A stretch of 37,818 nucleotides of DNA. It comes from an uncultured Dehalococcoidales bacterium. GTDB taxonomy: Bacteria > Chloroflexota > Dehalococcoidia > Dehalococcoidales > DAOVUZ01. This document shows positions 33,992-37,818 of the stretch, piece by piece. The stretch spans positions 1 to 37,818 of the forward strand of contig CAZQRE010000001.1 of NCBI GenBank assembly GCA_964595695.1, in the 5' to 3' direction. The position numbers and the translations under genes were made by a program. Each line of letters starts with the position of its first letter. Within the stretch, counting starts at the first letter, position 1. A model generated the notes under the pieces. The model was not told the DNA's origin. It saw nothing but the letters and a program-made list of their open reading frames with translations, and ran no database searches.

Positions 33992-34087
33992 GAGCGGTTT
34001 TCCCATGGTGTAGCTTGATTTAACGGAATTGAGATAACCTGACTTTTAATCAGGGTGTCACAGGTTCGAGTCCTGTACGGCTCACCA
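33992..34087 (+). tRNA. tRNA-Lys(UUU)-like sequence with a canonical 3' two-thirds and an aberrant 5' part (possibly a pseudogene)
   Basis: The anticodon arm CCTGA CTTTTAA TCAGG, variable loop GTGTC, T-arm ACAGG TTCGAGT CCTGT and 3' end ACGGCTC A CCA are canonical. The only candidate 5' acceptor strand, GAGCGGT (33992-33998), has one mismatch. It lies about 20 nt too far upstream, and no normal D-arm could be drawn. Confidence 0.45.
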
Positions 34088-34125
34088 AAGCTGGAAGACC
34101 AACCCTAATGAGGAATTTATGAGAG

Positions 34126-34175
34126 AATCAGGGTGTCAAAACACTAGATCAACCGACACCCTGATTTTATTATTT
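34126..34175 (+). terminator. 12 bp-stem hairpin plus T-tract built from a tRNA-derived 13-mer
   Basis: AATCAGGGTGTC, an 18 nt loop, GACACCCTGATT, then TTATTATTT. The 5' arm plus the next base repeats the tRNA-Lys-like segment 34048-34060 exactly. Confidence 0.6.
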
Positions 34176-34258
34176 CCAGCTATACGAAATCAAGATAAAC
34201 TAGGAACATCGCTCAATCCCTATTGAGATACATGTGGCCCACAAATGGGCCACATTGC

Positions 34259-35383
34259 CTAGCTGCTCAACAGGATTTGCAAGAAATCCTTAATGCTTGG
34301 GGAAATACGACTGAGAAAGAATATATAATCTCGATAATGGCTCAAGAGTTGGGTATAGGGCCTGCGGAATACCAGCTCTATTGCCTGTGGGTTAATAGTT
34401 ACTCCGGGCAATATGTAGTCAAATAGTATGTGTTCCGAAAAGAGAGGCATAAGTACCGCTTCTCTAGGATGTTTTAAGGCTCGCTCAATAAGATCAAGCA
34501 ATGAGTCAGTATATGGCGGAGGAGGTATATTATAAAAATTCCCAAGCGGTAACCCTTGTTGTTTTCCGTAGACTGAGTGTGCATATTCAAAAGAGGATCT
34601 TACGAGTGAAATAAACCGTTCGTACGGAATTCTGTCGGATACCAAACGTTGTTTTAATATCTCAGCACGCTCATTCTGATCTAGATTATTTACTTCACTA
34701 CAGATGCGCAAAACTCCTATAGTAAATAGGCTAATGAGGGTGCTCTTCAACCATTGTAGCCCTCTAGGACTTAATCCTGGTAGAGTGCTTATCGCAGCGA
34801 TACTCTCGTATTGCGCTATTACTCTCTTCACCGCTGAGCAGCTAGGCAGAAACCAGAAATCTGAATGAATCAGCTGCATTGCCCGGCTTATTTGTTGGTT
34901 TTTTGTTGATCTTTGGAGTTCACTTGTGGCACCCAAATATTCAGTAGCCGAAGAACCTCTGATAGGTGTTGCTTCGATATTGTCTTGCTCCATTCTATCG
35001 AGCACGCTGAAATCTATGAAATGGACACCCTCTGCCAATCCATAGAACTTAATATGCTTCTTTGTGTTAGGCCTTACTAAGTAGATTCTATCAGCATGGA
35101 TGCGCCTGGCTAGCGTTTGTAACCATAATACTCTATTTACGGGATGTGACCTACCTGATTTGCAGTCATATATGACTCGTATGGAGGTAAAGTCTTGCGA
35201 AAAAAGGTAACCAAGCACGTCAATGTCGGGTGTTGAGGCTCCACTAGCTTGATAGTGGCCAAGAATAAAGATGTCCCGTACAGCAAAATAACCTTGGTTG
35301 AAAAGCAGCCTTTGAACCCGTGCCTCTAACTGGATCCCTGTTGATGAAGTGGCCTTATCAATCGTCATCTTAGAATTCCTCAC
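34259..35383 (-). CDS. PD-(D/E)xK (Mrr/restriction-endonuclease-like) N-terminal domain protein with an uncharacterised helical C-terminal region
   Basis: TPDIDVLGY ... IRVIYDCKSG fits the D...(D/E)xK nuclease pattern. 374 aa; overlaps the upstream decayed gene by 14 nt. Confidence 0.45.
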   Translation of the reverse strand: MRNSKMTIDKATSSTGIQLEARVQRLLFNQGYFAVRDIFILGHYQASGASTPDIDVLGYLFSQDFTSIRVIYDCKSGRSHPVNRVLWLQTLARRIHADRIYLVRPNTKKHIKFYGLAEGVHFIDFSVLDRMEQDNIEATPIRGSSATEYLGATSELQRSTKNQQISRAMQLIHSDFWFLPSCSAVKRVIAQYESIAAISTLPGLSPRGLQWLKSTLISLFTIGVLRICSEVNNLDQNERAEILKQRLVSDRIPYERFISLVRSSFEYAHSVYGKQQGLPLGNFYNIPPPPYTDSLLDLIERALKHPREAVLMPLFSEHILFDYILPGVTINPQAIELVFRRPYTQLLSHYRDYIFFLSRISPSIKDFLQILLSS

Positions 35384-36400
35384 GTAGTCTCTTTAGAAAA
35401 TAGTTTCTAGACTCCTCCGTTTCCTGTGGTAATTGGGCATATGGCTTTTCCCTTATTCTTCTGCCCTCAACGTCGCCCAGTCGTGATATCTTAGAATAGT
35501 GTTCACCAAAGGCTATTGATGCCAAGAATAGCTTGACATCACCTAGTAAGTCATTGGATAAGTCTGTAGGATTCTCTTCTGAGCGTAAATGCGGGGTAAA
35601 AACGAAAGGCTTGGTCACACCATCACTCGACTGAATATCGACTATATCCAATAGACCAACGCTATCAGCTAGGTTAAGTATATCTTTATTGCTAGTAACA
35701 AACTCAGCAGGATACCCTTGATGCCCGCTACAGCTTTTGATAATTCCCTCAATCGCGCTCTTTTAGTCATGCTCCAGCTGCGACAACGCATGCCCAACTT
35801 TAGCAGGATCACATCGCCAGATATACTCGTTAAAAAAGATTGGCTCAGCCAATCCATAATGTCTAAACACTCTAACTAGTTCAAAATCATCTTGGATCGT
35901 AAGACAGGCCTCAGCTTGCTCCTCATTCATACCCACAGATACTAACTTGGTTTTCAACTCCGTCTCGTTTCTAGGTAGTGTGGCGGTATAGGATAATGTT
36001 TCTGTTGAGCCCGCATCAATATCAGTTGGCCCGAGCTCATGATGGAATAGGCCAGTGGCTTCAAAAAGCGTAGCTTCGGTGTCTATATGTTCCTCGACTT
36101 CTGTGATGCCTAGTTGCGGAGACTTATCGTAGTCAATTCTCCCATCGGTTACCTTCCTGAGGTAGGGTAGGATCGTATCAATAAGCATCACTTTCGGAAT
36201 TTGCGCCTTCTTGGCGAGCTTCGCAGCTTTTTCGATTCGAATGGTATTCTTCCTTGTCCCCGAATTTGGGCTAAGAAAATCCCGGCCTTACCGGCTATGG
36301 TTGTGGCTTCGAATTCGTCACGATTGTGAGCATCCTCCGCAAATCGTATAAGATGCTTATGGTTGGCGATTACCCAGTATCCCCTCTCAATGAAGTCCAT
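35370..36400 (-). pseudogene. decayed gene of unknown family, appearing as three track ORFs
   Basis: ORFs 35763-36191 and 35370-35651 share one frame, separated only by TAA 35763-35765; the sequence between them is open (KSAIEGIIKSCSGHQGYPAEFVTSNKDILNLADSVGLL). The frame of 35763-36191 also stays open upstream (SGTRKNTIRIEKAAKLAKKAQIPKV). It would join ORF 36188-36400 by a 1 nt shift near the G-run at about 36260. Confidence 0.55.
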
Positions 36401-36555
36401 ATTTATCCCTCTCGCACAAATATGATATGCAATATAGATGATTTTAGTAAGGCACTTACCTATATTGGCTACAATTTATGCATGATAAGCAATTTAACTA
36501 TAAAATAGTTCGTGTTTACCAGTTTATTATACTACATCAGCAATAACCATTTCTA

Positions 36556-36580
36556 ACACCTTGACTTAGGTTCAAGGTGT
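36556..36580. repeat. perfect 9 bp-arm palindrome related to the tRNA-derived hairpin at 34126-34166
   Basis: ACACCTTGA cttaggt TCAAGGTGT. TCAAGGTGTCAA differs by one base from TCAGGGTGTCAA at 34128-34139. Confidence 0.6.
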
Positions 36581-36660
36581 CAATGTTTGGGTACTACTGT
36601 CAGGTTCCCTGGCATGGGAGACAATGACTTGGTCTGGCTTAGTTAGATAGGTGCAAAAAG

Positions 36661-36865
36661 GTTAGACGAGAAGCTGTTCTTTGTGGCAATAGTGTAGACG
36701 AAAAGGAGGTGAAGAGGACGAGAATCTGTGATTATAGGGGGATGATTTAAAATTCCACAGGATATCAAGTAGAAAATGAGGAGGTTATTCTCGTCGTCTT
36801 TTCGTCGTCAATTAATCGTCTTTTCACCAACTTATCATCCTCATGTTGTCATCATCGCTTCGTCA
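36661..36865. repeat. convergent GACGA / TCGTC iteron-like array around an AT-rich core
   Basis: GACGA(G/A) occurs at 36665, 36697 and 36717. TCGTC occurs at 36791, 36794, 36802, 36805, 36816 and 36860. Matched arms: GACGAAAAG (36697-36705) with CTTTTCGTC (36798-36806), and GACGAGAAT (36717-36725) with ATTCTCGTC (36787-36795). Confidence 0.7.
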
Positions 36866-37136
36866 TTCCGCTAATGGCCTGGCCATGCAATTGTGTAGCT
36901 ATTGAGGACGGTAAGTAAGCTTTTTGCGGTTAAGAACAATAGGCCAGTTTCACTAGGAGACTATGGCTATAGTCTACCTGGGTGTACTATGTGTGGCCAC
37001 TTACTATCGTAATTAGTTAGATGGTGTGAGACTATAGATATAGTCTATTAGGATTTTATGAAGTGCAAAGTGAGTATGCACTGGACCATATTTGTAAAGG
37101 TCTAAAACTGCACAATTCGATGAATTGTGTCATACA

Positions 37137-37179
37137 CAAAAAATAGGCTGGATATCCCGTCGGTGGAATTATCCAGCCC
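37137..37179 (-). terminator. intrinsic terminator after the DUF5679-like gene
   Basis: Minus strand: GGCTGGATA, a loop, TATCCAGCC, then TATTTTTTGTGT. Confidence 0.7.
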
Positions 37180-37207
37180 GTATTCAATCCCGATAGTATT
37201 ACGAGGA

Positions 37208-37348
37208 TTATGCCTTTCCTATTCTAAACATCTTAGTGCCACATGTTGGGCACACACCTTGAGTTGCTGGCCTCCCGTTCTTCATAGTTATAGATTTGGC
37301 ATCCTTCATTTCTTTCTTGGCTCGGCATTTCATACAGTATGCTTGCAT
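37208..37348 (-). CDS. small zinc-ribbon protein (DUF5679-like)
   Basis: From ATG 37348, after AAAGGAGGTAAGCAA, it reads MQAYCMKCRAKKEMKDAKSITMKNGRPATQGVCPTCGTKMFRIGKA, with a CxxC...CxxC pattern. The longer track ORF starting at 37438 lacks a ribosome-binding site. Confidence 0.7.
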   Translation of the reverse strand: MQAYCMKCRAKKEMKDAKSITMKNGRPATQGVCPTCGTKMFRIGKA

Positions 37349-37555
37349 TTGCTTACCTCCTTTTGTGGTTGAAGCGTAAACTAATCTCTGCGTGAATGTC
37401 AATAGCTTCTTACCTTTAAAGTCCAAACCTGCAATCACACAATCTGGCTAATTGTGACATCAAAGTATTTGGAAAGCCTGAAACACTTCTAGACTATGAG
37501 GTGGCACACATTGGCAAAATGAGCGCATTTGTATAGGCAGGCAACCCCACAATAA

Positions 37556-37589
37556 GACACACAGGCCGGGAATACCCGGCCTGTGTGTC
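37556..37589 (-). terminator. 15 bp GC-rich hairpin after the partial zinc-ribbon gene
   Basis: GACACACAGGCCGGG aata CCCGGCCTGTGTGTC, about 20 nt downstream of the TAA at 37609-37611. The T-tract is short in both directions. Confidence 0.55.
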
Positions 37590-37608
37590 TTTACAGCTCA
37601 AATCGGCG

Positions 37609-37818
37609 TTATCTAGCCGGTTTTATTTTGCGGTAGCAGTCACTGCAATATACCGGTCTGCCGTTGCGTGGTTCAAAAGGTACTTCGGTATCTTTGCCAC
37701 AATCGGCACAAGTCGCTGGGAACATCTGTCGCGGGGAGCCGTAGCTACTGGAACCGCTGTAATTGCCGCCACCGCCCCGCTCAGACTTTCTCGCCTGGCG
37801 ACATGAGGGGCAGCGCTT
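37609..37818 (-). CDS. C-terminal part of a CxxC-x17-CxxC zinc-ribbon protein, truncated at its 5' end by the window edge
   Basis: Minus-strand frame is open to the window edge: KRCPSCRQARKSERGGGGNYSGSSSYGSPRQMFPATCADCGKDTEVPFEPRNGRPVYCSDCYRKIKPAR, then a stop. It is not in the ORF track because no start codon lies in the window. Track ORF 37585-37806 (+) is its antisense shadow. Confidence 0.6.
   Translation of the reverse strand, partial: KRCPSCRQARKSERGGGGNYSGSSSYGSPRQMFPATCADCGKDTEVPFEPRNGRPVYCSDCYRKIKPAR

Noticed and set aside
33670-34013. Track ORFs 33670-33984 (-) and 33783-34013 (+)
   Set aside because: They run across tRNA-Ala and its flanks and are chance open frames.
37585-37806. 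73 aa plus-strand ORF at the right edge
   Set aside because: It is the antisense shadow of the minus-strand CxxC-x17-CxxC zinc-ribbon gene, whose translation shows a clear zinc-ribbon motif and ends at TAA 37609-37611.
1-37818. Genome-wide reassignment of TAG, or systematic avoidance of TAG stops, in a Pyl-decoding host
   Set aside because: Several ordinary genes here end in TAG: cobS, cobC, cobO, the 11040 corrinoid protein, the AmiS-like gene and the 34259 gene. cobS and cobC have an in-frame TAA 7-8 codons later. The other three I checked (cobO, the 11040 corrinoid protein and the AmiS-like gene) would read through for 17 or more codons. There is no consistent back-up stop pattern, so TAG still looks like a normal stop apart from the one in mtmB.

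Overview
The window is a bacterial corrinoid and methylotrophy region. All family calls come from motif recognition by eye; no database search was run. The taxon may be Chloroflexota/Dehalococcoidia-like, but that is a weak inference from the cobT-cobS-cobC-cobU layout and two small zinc-ribbon genes.

Gene content, left to right:
1. **1-2859 (+):** lower-ligand corrinoid salvage genes cobT (3' end), cobS, cobC, a PP-loop ATPase and cobU.
2. **2949-11729 (-):** a corrinoid methyltransferase region. It encodes a corrinoid protein, a RACo-type activase, an MtrH-like methyltransferase, two MtaA/URO-D paralogues, a DUF2284-like protein and CobO. A third MtaA-like gene has its own promoter.
3. **12969-16878 (+):** methanol-type mtaB-mtaC, a CobW/COG0523 GTPase and an AmiS/UreI-like channel.
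4. **17219-33307 (-):** a complete bacterial-type pyrrolysine system plus its client gene.
   - 32123-33307 Rh-type ammonium/methylammonium transporter; 31317-31955 mtmC; 29841-31232 mtmB with an in-frame TAG at 30618-30620.
   - 25699-29676 pylB, followed by a MoxR-like AAA+ gene, a VWA/HExxH gene and an unknown gene.
   - 24297-25571 tRNA-Pyl (CUA), pylSn and pylSc.
   - 22240-24296 a ~2 kb insertion carrying a toxin-antitoxin-like pair and an NYN gene.
   - 17219-22239 pylC, pylD, a RamA-type activase and a truncated CFeSP-like Fe-S/corrinoid protein with an unknown N-domain.
5. **33829-37818:** tRNA-Ala and an aberrant tRNA-Lys-like gene, then a small island holding a PD-(D/E)xK nuclease-like gene and a decayed gene. 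After that come an 0.8 kb AT-rich non-coding region with convergent iterons and two zinc-ribbon genes.

Main points of interest:
- the three MoxR/VWA/unknown genes inside the pyl operon;
- the CFeSP-like protein coupled to ramA;
- recombination scars: a pylB fragment, an MtaA 3' relic, a 296 bp gene-fragment duplicate and repeated tRNA-derived 13-mers;
- conserved promoter-upstream modules.
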